Shown here: piece by piece, positions 35,936-44,649 of the stretch
Layout: the number at the start of each line of letters is the position of its first letter
How positions within the stretch are numbered: the first letter of the stretch is position 1
Origin: Nanobdellota archaeon
Lineage (GTDB): Archaea > Nanobdellota > Nanobdellia > Woesearchaeales > GW2011-AR4
NCBI GenBank assembly: GCA_038046385.1
Contig: JBBSWH010000006.1
Location: 125 to 64,124 of the forward strand
DNA length: 64,000 bases
Direction: 5' to 3'
Program-made: the position numbers and the translations under genes
The notes under the pieces: generated by a model
What the model was told of the DNA's origin: nothing
Databases searched by the model: none
What the model saw: only the letters and a program-made list of their open reading frames with translations

Positions 35936-36436
35936 TTATTCTTTCCTGAAAGAAAATATTGATGAATGGTTATGGTCAAGAATCTTGCCAGTTGAAGCGT
36001 CTATCTTCATGTTCAGTGTGTTGAAAGCCTGTGTGATGTATGTTAGGTTCCAGATATTGCCATGCGGCTTGATATTCTGCAGGATGGCTATTGTCTTTAT
36101 TGGCATTTCTTTTGGGTAATTCAGCTGCTGGAACTCTTTTGCTTTTTCAAGCGCTTCTTCTATAGTAACTTTTATTTTTTTTATATCTACTTCGCTTATT
36201 GCTTTCTCATCTTTCTTGAATACTTCGTCTTCCTGCCTCGTTTGAGTTTCTCCATTTACCATGAATGTTGTTATCTTGTCGTTCTTTTTGTTATAAAAGC
36301 CAAGGTGCCATTCATTGTCCGGCATTTCCTGCGGTATTTTGAAAGCGTGAGAGAAATAAACGTGGCTGTTGCTTTTTTTCCATTTCTTGAAGTCCTTTGA
36401 CTCTTCCAGTTTCTGCAAAGCGTGCTTGAAGTCCAT
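35936..36436 (-). CDS. Hypothetical protein, possibly tandem PepSY-like
   Basis: C-terminal NIWNLTYITQAFNTLNMKIDASTGKIL resembles the PepSY motif. Weak call. Confidence 0.35.
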   Translation of the reverse strand: MDFKHALQKLEESKDFKKWKKSNSHVYFSHAFKIPQEMPDNEWHLGFYNKKNDKITTFMVNGETQTRQEDEVFKKDEKAISEVDIKKIKVTIEEALEKAKEFQQLNYPKEMPIKTIAILQNIKPHGNIWNLTYITQAFNTLNMKIDASTGKILDHNHSSIFSFRKE

Positions 36437-36517
36437 TGCGATGGATGAAAACTTAAAATTTATATAGGTTTGGGTATTTGCATAGGCTGTTGGGTATATG
36501 GTGGCTGTTTAATTTCC

Positions 36518-36557
36518 GTGCCTTCGGCACAATAATTAGGCTCGCCGCATTGCTCTC
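36518..36557 (+). repeat. GC-rich intergenic element, copy D (diverged)
   Basis: GTGCCTTCGGCAC hairpin followed by GGCTCGCCGCATTGCTCTC. The flanking ATTTCCGT is shared with copy B. Confidence 0.4.
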
Positions 36558-36594
36558 AAATTTATTTTAATATCAAAAAAAACTTACAAACAAA

Positions 36595-37542
36595 ATGGTA
36601 ACTGCAGATGTTCAAGTAATGCTGAAAAAGCAGGAATACGGGTCTGTTGGTAAGCATTCGCGCGTCAAGACATGCCACTGGACAAGAAGCGAGCTGAACG
36701 GGCAGGGCGGCTGCTACAAGAATAAGTTTTATGGCATTAATTCTCATCAGTGCATCCAGATGACACCGACTTACATCTGCAACAACGCATGCGTGTTCTG
36801 CTGGCGCGATTTAAGGTATCATACAGAGAATGCCATGCAGGATGGAATTGATGATCCAATAGATATTGTTGAAGGCACTATTGAAATGCAAAGGAAGATG
36901 CTTTCTGGTTTTGGAGGAAATGTTAACACCTCAAAAGAAAAGCTTAAGGAAGCAATGGCGCCGAAGCACGTTGCAATATCGCTTGATGGAGAGCCTACAC
37001 TTTATCCAAAACTGCCTGAACTAATTAGGGAATATAGAATAAAGGGGTTTTCAACATTTGTTGTAAGCAACGGGCTTATGCCGGAAAGGATTCAAAAATT
37101 AATTGATGAGCCGCCAACACAGATGTATATTTCTGTTGATGCTCCGAATGAAGAATTATTTAACATAATTGACAGGCCAATAATAAAAAATGCGTGGCAT
37201 AGACTGGTGGAAACTTTAAGCATGCTTCCTCAGATGAAGGAAAAATCAAGAACGGTTTTAAGATTTACTTTAATCAAGGGAATGAATATGGTTAATCCTT
37301 CGCAATGGGGAGAGATAATAAAACTAAGCAATCCGATGTTTGTCGAAGTCAAAGCTTACATGTGGATTGGAATGTCTAGAGAAAGATTGGAGCAGGAGAA
37401 TATGCCATTGCATCATGAAGTCAAGGCGTTTGCTTCAGAGATTGCTTTGCATTCAGGCTATAAAGTAATAGACGAACACGAGCCTTCAAGAGTAGTTTTA
37501 TTGATGAAAGAAGATTTTAATGGAAGAGTTATGGAGTTTTGA
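36595..37542 (+). CDS. taw1: tRNA 4-demethylwyosine synthase (radical SAM, Taw1/TYW1)
   Basis: N-terminal KKQEYGSVGKHSRVKTCHWT. Radical-SAM cluster motif CNNACVFCWR. Confidence 0.85.
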   Translation: MVTADVQVMLKKQEYGSVGKHSRVKTCHWTRSELNGQGGCYKNKFYGINSHQCIQMTPTYICNNACVFCWRDLRYHTENAMQDGIDDPIDIVEGTIEMQRKMLSGFGGNVNTSKEKLKEAMAPKHVAISLDGEPTLYPKLPELIREYRIKGFSTFVVSNGLMPERIQKLIDEPPTQMYISVDAPNEELFNIIDRPIIKNAWHRLVETLSMLPQMKEKSRTVLRFTLIKGMNMVNPSQWGEIIKLSNPMFVEVKAYMWIGMSRERLEQENMPLHHEVKAFASEIALHSGYKVIDEHEPSRVVLLMKEDFNGRVMEF

Positions 37543-37565
37543 ATAAAAATTTGGAAGATTAATTT

Positions 37566-38326
37566 ATGCTAAATAATAAAAAATACAAAATTGGAGTCAT
37601 TACACCTTATCATTTAGAGAGTAATGATGTTCTAAATCAATGTCATGAAAGTGTCCTCAGGCAAACTTATCCTTGCCAGCATATTTTGGTGGCTGATGGT
37701 CATCCCAACAATATTATTGATTCTTGGGACGCTTCCCATATTATTTTACCTGTTCAACATTCTGATAATGGGGATACTCCAAGAACAATTGGTTCGATAT
37801 GTGCAGCTAATGAAGGGTACGATGCAATCGCTTATTTGGATGCCGACAATTGGTTTTATCCAGAACATATTGAATCAATGGTCAGTCTTTATGAAAAAAC
37901 AACTGCCGATGTTTGTACGTCAAGAAGGTCAATTCATAGATTAGATGGATCTTTAATGTTTATTGATGGGGAAAGTGATGGTGATAAATTTTCAGATACT
38001 AGCTGTATTTTTTTAACAAAAAATGCTTTTACACTTTCTTTGATATGGGCTTTTATTCCAAATGAAATAAGCCCATTTTGCGATAGATTTTTTTAGAAGT
38101 CTATGAAATCTAGTGATTTATTGTTTGCGCACAGTCAAAAGGTATCGGTAGGTTTTAGAACTAAATACAAATCACACTATGACTCTATAAATGAAACGCC
38201 CCCCCCCAATCGGTCCCTCTTCAAAAATCGCTAGAAAAAGCTACAAATTGGTGGAACTCACTATCTCCAGAAAAAAGACAAAATATATTAAGGTTAATAA
38301 ATCAAAAAATTGAAAATAAATATTAG
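37566..38326 (+). pseudogene. Family-2-like glycosyltransferase interrupted by an in-frame TAG and a frameshift at a C9 tract
   Basis: The N-terminal 176 aa carry YLDADN (DxD). TAG at 38094-38096 sits where ...CDRFF(W)KSMKSS... would read through in the same frame. After the C9 run (38199-38207), a coherent continuation (QSVPLQKSLEKATNWWNSLSPEKRQNILRLINQKIENKY, stop 38324-38326) lies in the frame reached by gaining one C or losing two. Confidence 0.6.
38199..38207 (+). repeat. Homopolymeric C9 tract
   Basis: Nine consecutive C in an AT-rich genome, located exactly at the frame break of the glycosyltransferase gene. Confidence 0.85.
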
Positions 38327-38385
38327 ATTATTTATTATATTAAAATATTGAGAGAGAATAACATATTTTTCAGAAAATTAATAGA

Positions 38386-38988
38386 TTAGATAATAAAAAT
38401 CTTTCCGTAAGGCCCAGGATTAATCACTTTCGTCTTCTTTATCGTGTCTTCTTTGCCGAAGTTTTCGTGCAGGTGGCCGCAAAATAAGTAATCGACTCTG
38501 TTTTTCTCTACGAAGTTTCTTATTGACTTGTTGCCGCAGTAATCATTGCCAATTTTGTCGGTGTTTGTCTTGTAAGGAGGCGCGTGCGTAAGAAGGATTA
38601 CTTTTTTGTCAGGATTTTCTGTTATTAGCTTGGTGAATTTTGGTGAAAATTTCTCAAACCCCTTGTCAACCAATGAAAATCCGCCGCCTCCAAAGCCGAG
38701 GAACAAAACATTGCCTTCGACATAATGGTTTTTGTGTATAAAAATAAGGTTCTTAAAATGTTTTGAGTGCTTTGCAAATGAATCCTCATCTTCATGGTTG
38801 CCGTTGATGATGACTATTTTTTTTCCAAGCTGATTCATCTTTCTCATTATCTTAACCAAACCACGCTCAAAAATAGAAATATCCCCTGTGCAGACTAGAA
38901 TGTCCGGCTTTTTCATTTTTATTTTCTGCTCTATTTTCTTCAAAGCGGAAAATGAATCATGTATGTCTGTAAAGGCGAGTATTTTCAT
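38386..38988 (-). CDS. Calcineurin-like metallophosphoesterase
   Basis: TDIHDS, GDISIF, NGNHED, THAPP and GHLHEN motifs in canonical order. Confidence 0.8.
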   Translation of the reverse strand: MKILAFTDIHDSFSALKKIEQKIKMKKPDILVCTGDISIFERGLVKIMRKMNQLGKKIVIINGNHEDEDSFAKHSKHFKNLIFIHKNHYVEGNVLFLGFGGGGFSLVDKGFEKFSPKFTKLITENPDKKVILLTHAPPYKTNTDKIGNDYCGNKSIRNFVEKNRVDYLFCGHLHENFGKEDTIKKTKVINPGPYGKIFII

Positions 38989-39116
38989 AATAGAGGATAA
39001 TTAGAATTGATATTTAAATGTGTATTAAAATAGCAACTCCATAATAAGCTCATGACCAAAAGATTTAAATATAAGATAAATCTTATCTATCTTATTAATA
39101 AGACAGTGAGGTAAAA

Positions 39117-39377
39117 ATGGAAAACATGGTTGAAATGGGAAAAATAAGCTCAAGAGGGCAGATAGCAATACCTGCAGATATTAGAGAGCATCTGGGATTA
39201 GAAGAAGGGACAAAAGTCTTGTTCTTTACAGACCAAGACACTTTAATGATGAAAAAGGTTACAGAACAGAGTTTTGCGCAGATAACTAAGCCGTTAAAAT
39301 TGGCTGCGAAGCAGGCTGGGATGAAAGAAAGTGATGTTTCGGGGATTATTAGCAGGTTCAGGAAGAAAAAAATATGA
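39117..39377 (+). CDS. AbrB/SpoVT-family antitoxin-like protein
   Basis: ISSRGQIAIPADIREHLGLEEG. Paralog of 1993..2256. ATGA-type overlap with the PIN gene. Confidence 0.75.
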   Translation: MENMVEMGKISSRGQIAIPADIREHLGLEEGTKVLFFTDQDTLMMKKVTEQSFAQITKPLKLAAKQAGMKESDVSGIISRFRKKKI

Positions 39378-39787
39378 AAATTACTGTTGACACAAATATA
39401 CTAATATCAGCTACTTTTTGGCACGGGGCTTCTGATAGAATAATATCAAAAGTTGAAACAAAAGAGATACAGCTTATCCTGTCAGAAGATATTATTAAAG
39501 AGTATGCTAAAGTGCTGAATTATGAGGAAATAAAGAATAAAATTAAAGATAAAAACTTAATAATGAAGCATACCCTTAGCAAAATAATCTCAATATCTGC
39601 CATTATTGAGCCAAAAATTAAATTACACGTAATAAAAGACGACCCTGATGATAATAAAATATTGGAATGCGCAGTGGCTGGAAATGTCAGTTGCATTGTC
39701 AGCAATGATAAACATCTTTTGAAGCTAAAGACATTCAGGAATATTCCAATACTAACTCCAAACGAGTTTGCAGGAAAATATCTATAG
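39374..39787 (+). CDS. PIN-domain ribonuclease toxin-like protein
   Basis: ITVDTNILISA, DPDDNKILECA and VSNDKHLL. Paralog of 2237..2668. Confidence 0.75.
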   Translation: MKITVDTNILISATFWHGASDRIISKVETKEIQLILSEDIIKEYAKVLNYEEIKNKIKDKNLIMKHTLSKIISISAIIEPKIKLHVIKDDPDDNKILECAVAGNVSCIVSNDKHLLKLKTFRNIPILTPNEFAGKYL

Positions 39788-39845
39788 GCAGTTGTTCCTT
39801 TGCATAATAACAAAAAGAAAACTCACTTAATTTAACAACATTCTA

Positions 39846-40976
39846 TCAAAGACTATAATAATCCTCAAGAACTACCTTGTCAACATCGTCTGTGTTGCGG
39901 ACAGCGTATAGCTTGCCTTCTCCGATTTCAACAAGCTTCTCAGCCAATTCCCGTCCTTTTGCATCCAGATTAATCCCGATAACAGATATAGTTATTCCTT
40001 TGCTTCTTGCCATTGATGCTTCCTCAAGAGTTGCTTTAAACGGCTCGTTGCCTTTTGTCGGCAGAGCGTCCGTTAAAAGTATCAAATGTTTTGTTATGTT
40101 GTCCGATGGAAACAGTTCAATTGCCTTCTTTAATGTTGAAACAATGTCTGTTTCGGTTGAAGCTTTTATTTTAGTTATTTCCTTCAACAAAAGTGTAAAA
40201 TCAAGCGTGGGCTCTATTGCTTCCTTTACTTCCTGCCCGAACACAATTAATCCGACTTTATCCCTATCATTTATTGCCTTGTAAGCGAGCGCAATGCCTG
40301 CTTTCTTGCAAGCGTCTATCTTCTTGCCTTTCATGGAACCTGATGCATCAAGAGCATAAACAATGTAAGTTTGCCCTTTGCTTTGGCGTTCAAAAACTTC
40401 AAGATCTTTCTCGCTTAATTCACTATGGCCGCGCCTTATGGCTAATTTAACAGATTTTTTTATTGAAATGTCCCTATACCTATCTCCTTTTTTGTAAGGC
40501 TTGGAGTTTTCTTTTTCTCCATAAGCAAATTTTTTCTTACTTTGCTTCTCTCCAATGTAGCCTTTTGGAACAATCTTGTCAAGCTCTTCAAAATAAAGAA
40601 CAAGTGAAGCTAATTCAATTCCCTTTTCAGTAATTGAGTTGTCTTTCTGCAAAAAATCATCGTTTTTAAGCTCGTCAATTTTCTTCTGTATTTTTTCTTT
40701 TAATTCTTTCTTGAATTCCGGTATGCCGATGTTCTTCTTTACATAATCCGGCTCGTATCCGGAAATAAGCCTTATGATTGACTCCCCATATATCTGCTTT
40801 GCAAGGCTGTAGTTTTGTACAAGCTGCTCAAACATTAAATCAGGAGTAAATGCGGACATGCCCTGGCTGATAGCCTCGCTTATTAATTTCCCATTATCGA
40901 TAACTTTTTTGTCATTTTCCATGACAGAATGCATAAACTTGTCCTCAAGCTGCTGGAATTGCAGCTTTCCTTCCAT
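39846..40976 (-). CDS. von Willebrand factor A (vWA) domain protein
   Basis: C-terminal vWA domain with MIDAS motif YALDASGSMKG. Immediately downstream of the AAA+ gene. Confidence 0.75.
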   Translation of the reverse strand: MEGKLQFQQLEDKFMHSVMENDKKVIDNGKLISEAISQGMSAFTPDLMFEQLVQNYSLAKQIYGESIIRLISGYEPDYVKKNIGIPEFKKELKEKIQKKIDELKNDDFLQKDNSITEKGIELASLVLYFEELDKIVPKGYIGEKQSKKKFAYGEKENSKPYKKGDRYRDISIKKSVKLAIRRGHSELSEKDLEVFERQSKGQTYIVYALDASGSMKGKKIDACKKAGIALAYKAINDRDKVGLIVFGQEVKEAIEPTLDFTLLLKEITKIKASTETDIVSTLKKAIELFPSDNITKHLILLTDALPTKGNEPFKATLEEASMARSKGITISVIGINLDAKGRELAEKLVEIGEGKLYAVRNTDDVDKVVLEDYYSL

Positions 40977-41016
40977 CTCTTCTCCTTTAGAAATTTCTTT
41001 TAGAGAGATATCTTCG

Positions 41017-42060
41017 CTACCGGTAATCGCCGGAGTTTTGTTCCTGTTCCATCTCGTCTTTTAATTTTGCAGATTCTGCATTTTTGTGGAACTGTTCCTT
41101 TAAGTAATCGGAAACGTCTTGTAAATAACGTACACTTGGCTTTAATCTTATTCTATGGGACAATACTGATGAAACCACATCTTTGATGTCTTCAAATTGA
41201 ACTGTTTTGCGCCCTTTTACTAAAGCATTTGACTGTGACCTTTCATACAATCCAATGCTTGCCCTAACGCTTGGTTTTTTCTCAAGTTTTTCGTCGTTTC
41301 TTAACAATCTTATAAAATATGCAATCAGCGTAAGAAGTTCATCGCTTACTGTTGCAAGCTTTTTTCCTTTTGAAACTATAATTTTTTTTTCTATTTCTAT
41401 GGTTTCAGGATAGTTCATGTAGATTGCATCAAACCTGTCAAGCAAAACATCATTTAATCTTTCTGTTGATGAATCTTCAGGGTTCATTGTTGCTATGAAC
41501 ACGAAATCTATGTCAAAATCAACATCATAAGACCCTATTGTGGCTTTTCGCTCTTCGAGAACCTGCAATAATGCATTTTGCAGCTTTTCCGGGCACCTGT
41601 TTAATTCATCAAAGAACAAAATTCCGTTGTTGGCCTTGAAAATCTTCCCGGGAGTGAATGCCTCGAGTGTTAATGGGCCGAATTTCAATGCTTTTATCGG
41701 ATCTATATCTCCCAAAAGGTCTTCAACGGTCAAATCAGGAGATCCTTGTATTCTTATAAATCGCTTTGCGCCTTCAAGCTTAGCTGTTTTAACGCTTGAA
41801 AGCTGCCTGCAAGAAGGGCAGACTCTGTTTTTTGGAGTGCAGTTGTAGCTGCATCCTTCAATTATTTCCGTATCCGGAAGAAGTTTTGCTATGTTCTTGG
41901 CCAAGGTTGTCTTTCCTATTCCAGGCGGGCCTATTATGAGTATATGCCTTCCCATCATCAAAGCTGATTTTATGCCCTGTTTTGCATATTCCTGGCCGTA
42001 GATGTCTGCAAATACATCCTTTGATGTTGCCAGTTTGTCCCTTAGTTGTTCGCTAATCAT
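41017..42060 (-). CDS. AAA+ ATPase of the MoxR / Mg-chelatase ChlI-like group
   Basis: Walker A GPPGIGKT, Walker B ILFFDELNR, LQVLEER sensor region, and a Cys-rich insert CSYNCTPKNRVCPSC. Confidence 0.8.
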   Translation of the reverse strand: MISEQLRDKLATSKDVFADIYGQEYAKQGIKSALMMGRHILIIGPPGIGKTTLAKNIAKLLPDTEIIEGCSYNCTPKNRVCPSCRQLSSVKTAKLEGAKRFIRIQGSPDLTVEDLLGDIDPIKALKFGPLTLEAFTPGKIFKANNGILFFDELNRCPEKLQNALLQVLEERKATIGSYDVDFDIDFVFIATMNPEDSSTERLNDVLLDRFDAIYMNYPETIEIEKKIIVSKGKKLATVSDELLTLIAYFIRLLRNDEKLEKKPSVRASIGLYERSQSNALVKGRKTVQFEDIKDVVSSVLSHRIRLKPSVRYLQDVSDYLKEQFHKNAESAKLKDEMEQEQNSGDYR

Positions 42061-42109
42061 TTTAAAGTCAAGATGAGAGGCTTACATTATTTATAAAGTT
42101 ATGCGAGAA

Positions 42110-42478
42110 TCAGGCTGCGCGCCTTGCTTTAACGGCTTTAATTCCAGTTAGATTGATTAGTGTCTCATCTATAATGCGTTCAGCAGAATCCATATCGTGA
42201 TTTTCGATTTCTTCTGTTTGGGCAGATTGATGAAACTTTATGCCAAGATTTGACTCAATATAATCTAGATTTTCAATAATTGAATGTGGCACCGGAATGC
42301 CCTTAATTCTTAAATTATGGTACACATCCAGAAGCTCTATGAGTTTACTTTGCAGTCTTTCTGTATTTTTTTCAGTTGCTTTTTTTAATTTTATTAGCCT
42401 TATAGATTCTTTTAACGCTGCCAATTCTTTTGAATTTATTGCATGGCTTCCGATTGCCCAACTTTTTATCCATCCCAT
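42110..42478 (-). CDS. Hypothetical helical protein upstream of the AAA+/vWA pair
   Basis: 122-aa ORF on the same strand, 49 nt upstream of the AAA+ gene. No family recognised. Confidence 0.35.
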   Translation of the reverse strand: MGWIKSWAIGSHAINSKELAALKESIRLIKLKKATEKNTERLQSKLIELLDVYHNLRIKGIPVPHSIIENLDYIESNLGIKFHQSAQTEEIENHDMDSAERIIDETLINLTGIKAVKARRAA

Positions 42479-42524
42479 ATCTTTTAACCAATTGCAGCCA
42501 GTATATTAATTTTCTTGTTGAGAA

Positions 42525-43118
42525 TTATCTAAAATACCTTATAACCCAGACTGCGCTGCCCGCTATAAAAGGGATTATGAGGTTGTCATCAATCCTTTCT
42601 GCTTTTATCTTTATCTCTATTGCCTCTGCAACCATTGCAGCAAGCGACGCAAAGAATGCTTCTATCGGGCTTACAAACACCAATGCGCCAAAAAACCCTG
42701 CTACAAATCCTGCAATTGTCCCTTCCAGCATCTTTGTGTCTGACAAGATAGTCTTTGTCTTTCCAAAATGCAATCCGAACAAATGCGAAACAGAATCACC
42801 AAAAGCAAGCACCATGATGGATGCCATTGCTATTTCTTTTGGAAACAGAAGCAATGAAACATAAACACCAAGGAAATAGAATATTGTGCCTTTTCCCGGA
42901 AATTCATAAAGCTCATCTTTTCTTTCAAATTTCTTAAGTATATCCCAGATTATCGATGTTCTGTTTTTCCTGATGATAAAAGATGTCAGCAGCCCGATTA
43001 AAGTCATTACAAGGATAAAATTTTCATCTATGGCTCCAAACATCAGAAGGATTACTAAAACTACTCCAAGCAGAAGGTGGAAAACCTGCCTTCTCCATTC
43101 AAGATTATTTATTTTCAT
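42525..43118 (-). CDS. CTP-dependent polyprenol (dolichol) kinase / cytidylyltransferase-family membrane protein
   Basis: Multi-pass membrane protein. LAFGDSVSHLFGLHFGKTK...KMLEGTIAGFVAGF matches the CTP_transf_1/dolichol-kinase signature. Paralog at 60414..61022. Confidence 0.55.
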   Translation of the reverse strand: MKINNLEWRRQVFHLLLGVVLVILLMFGAIDENFILVMTLIGLLTSFIIRKNRTSIIWDILKKFERKDELYEFPGKGTIFYFLGVYVSLLLFPKEIAMASIMVLAFGDSVSHLFGLHFGKTKTILSDTKMLEGTIAGFVAGFFGALVFVSPIEAFFASLAAMVAEAIEIKIKAERIDDNLIIPFIAGSAVWVIRYFR

Positions 43119-43659
43119 TTTTTGAAATGTTTGCCATTATATCGCCTATAAAATAGCCTGCAAATGCTCCAAACACAACATCGCTTAGATAATGGTATCC
43201 GAGATAAATCCTGCTGACTGCAATAAGAACTGCAAAAACTGCGAAGAACCTGTTAAGCTGTGATTTTTTGCTTAACAATACTGGAAGCAATGAAAATGCA
43301 ATCATTGAGTGCATGCTTGGAAAAGAATACTCAAGCCCTTTCAGCATAGGATATGCAATTTCAACAGGCCTTGCAGATGATATTGTTATTTTCATTATGA
43401 ATGAAAGAAGGAACGATGCAGATAATGACATTGAGAGATATTGGACAAATTTTCTGTCTGATTTGTAATTAATTATAATCGGTATAACAAACATAACCAT
43501 AAGAAAAATGCCAAAGTTAGTTATTAAACTGAAGATTAAGTCAAAAAACACAGTTCTTGAGCTGCTGAAAAATAAGTTTACGGCATTGTCATAATTTATT
43601 GAAAAAATAAACAGCAGTGCCCCGATTATAAACACAAGGAGATTTTTTGATTTTTTCAT
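43105..43659 (-). CDS. PAP2-family (phosphatidic acid / polyprenyl-diphosphate) phosphatase
   Basis: KITISSARP (KxxxxxxRP), PSMHS (PSGH) and SRIYLGYHYLSD (SRxxxxxHxxxD). Confidence 0.75.
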   Translation of the reverse strand: MKKSKNLLVFIIGALLFIFSINYDNAVNLFFSSSRTVFFDLIFSLITNFGIFLMVMFVIPIIINYKSDRKFVQYLSMSLSASFLLSFIMKITISSARPVEIAYPMLKGLEYSFPSMHSMIAFSLLPVLLSKKSQLNRFFAVFAVLIAVSRIYLGYHYLSDVVFGAFAGYFIGDIMANISKNENK

Positions 43660-44648
43660 TATATTAAATCCTGATTTATTGTTTTGTTTTTTATTCTTTT
43701 GTTTGGCCAGATTTTGCAGCCGGATTCTATTGTAACATTATGGGCATCTACTCCGTCTGAGATTATGGCTCCTCGCTGCTTTGATTTTATCCTGCCGTCA
43801 AAATGAACATGCTCACCAATGATGCTGTTTTCCACTACGGACTGCTCGGAGATTATTGTGTTGTCCATGATTATTGAATTTTTGATAGTTCCATTGATTA
43901 TGCAGTTGTTTCCGATTGAAGAGTTAATGACTTTTCCGAATATCTTTGAATTTTTTCCTATTGAGTTTTTGTTTTTTCTCAATGAAATGTCTGCTTCCAG
44001 CAAGTCCCATGGATAAGCGATTGGCTTCCAGCCTTTGCTTTTGACGCAATATATTTTTTCATTCTTTGCAAGCATCTTGACTGCGTCCGGAAATTCAAGC
44101 TCGTTTCTTTCTGATTTTTTTATTTTTTTAAGATAAGCAAATATGTTCCTGTCAAGGCAGTAGAATGCAGTGCTTGCCAGATCAGAAATAAATTTCTTTG
44201 GCTTCTCGACAAAATCCACAAGAACATTGTTTTTATGCAGCACAACTCCAAAATTCTGCGGATTTTTTACTTTTGTAACAAGGATAGAGTATTTGTGCTT
44301 TATGCATTTTTTAATATCCTCCCTTGAATAAATATCATCCCCCATCATAAGGATGAATTTTCCTTTGATGGAAGGCTCTGCAATCATAACTGCATGGCCT
44401 GTGCCGAGCTGCTGTTTCTGAACGACGTATCTTATTTTTATCTTTTTGTATTTTTTGCCGATATGTTTTCTGATCATATCCTGTTTGTATCCGACAACTA
44501 TAACTGCTTCAGAAACTATGTTCTGCAAAGCGTCAAGGTTCCATTCGAGAAGTGTTTTGTTTGCAGCTTTAAGCATAGGCTTCGGCCTTGTGAGTGTCAG
44601 GGGATATGTTCTCGTTGATTTGCCTGCTGCGAGTATTAATGCCTGCAT
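43659..44648 (-). CDS. Sugar-1-phosphate nucleotidylyltransferase with a C-terminal left-handed beta-helix
   Basis: LILAAGKSTRTYPLTLTRPKPML (GxGTRxxPxT...PKP). C-terminal hexapeptide-like repeats (INSSIGNNCIINGTIKNSIIMDNTII). Confidence 0.8.
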   Translation of the reverse strand: MQALILAAGKSTRTYPLTLTRPKPMLKAANKTLLEWNLDALQNIVSEAVIVVGYKQDMIRKHIGKKYKKIKIRYVVQKQQLGTGHAVMIAEPSIKGKFILMMGDDIYSREDIKKCIKHKYSILVTKVKNPQNFGVVLHKNNVLVDFVEKPKKFISDLASTAFYCLDRNIFAYLKKIKKSERNELEFPDAVKMLAKNEKIYCVKSKGWKPIAYPWDLLEADISLRKNKNSIGKNSKIFGKVINSSIGNNCIINGTIKNSIIMDNTIISEQSVVENSIIGEHVHFDGRIKSKQRGAIISDGVDAHNVTIESGCKIWPNKRIKNKTINQDLI

Positions 44649-44649
44649 T

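Noticed and set aside
38094-38096. TAG recoding (pyrrolysine or sense-codon reassignment) as an explanation for the in-frame TAG in the glycosyltransferase gene.
   Set aside because: TAG terminates several well-supported genes in this window (for example 61343..61663). No pyl genes were seen, and the same gene also has a frameshift, which favours decay.
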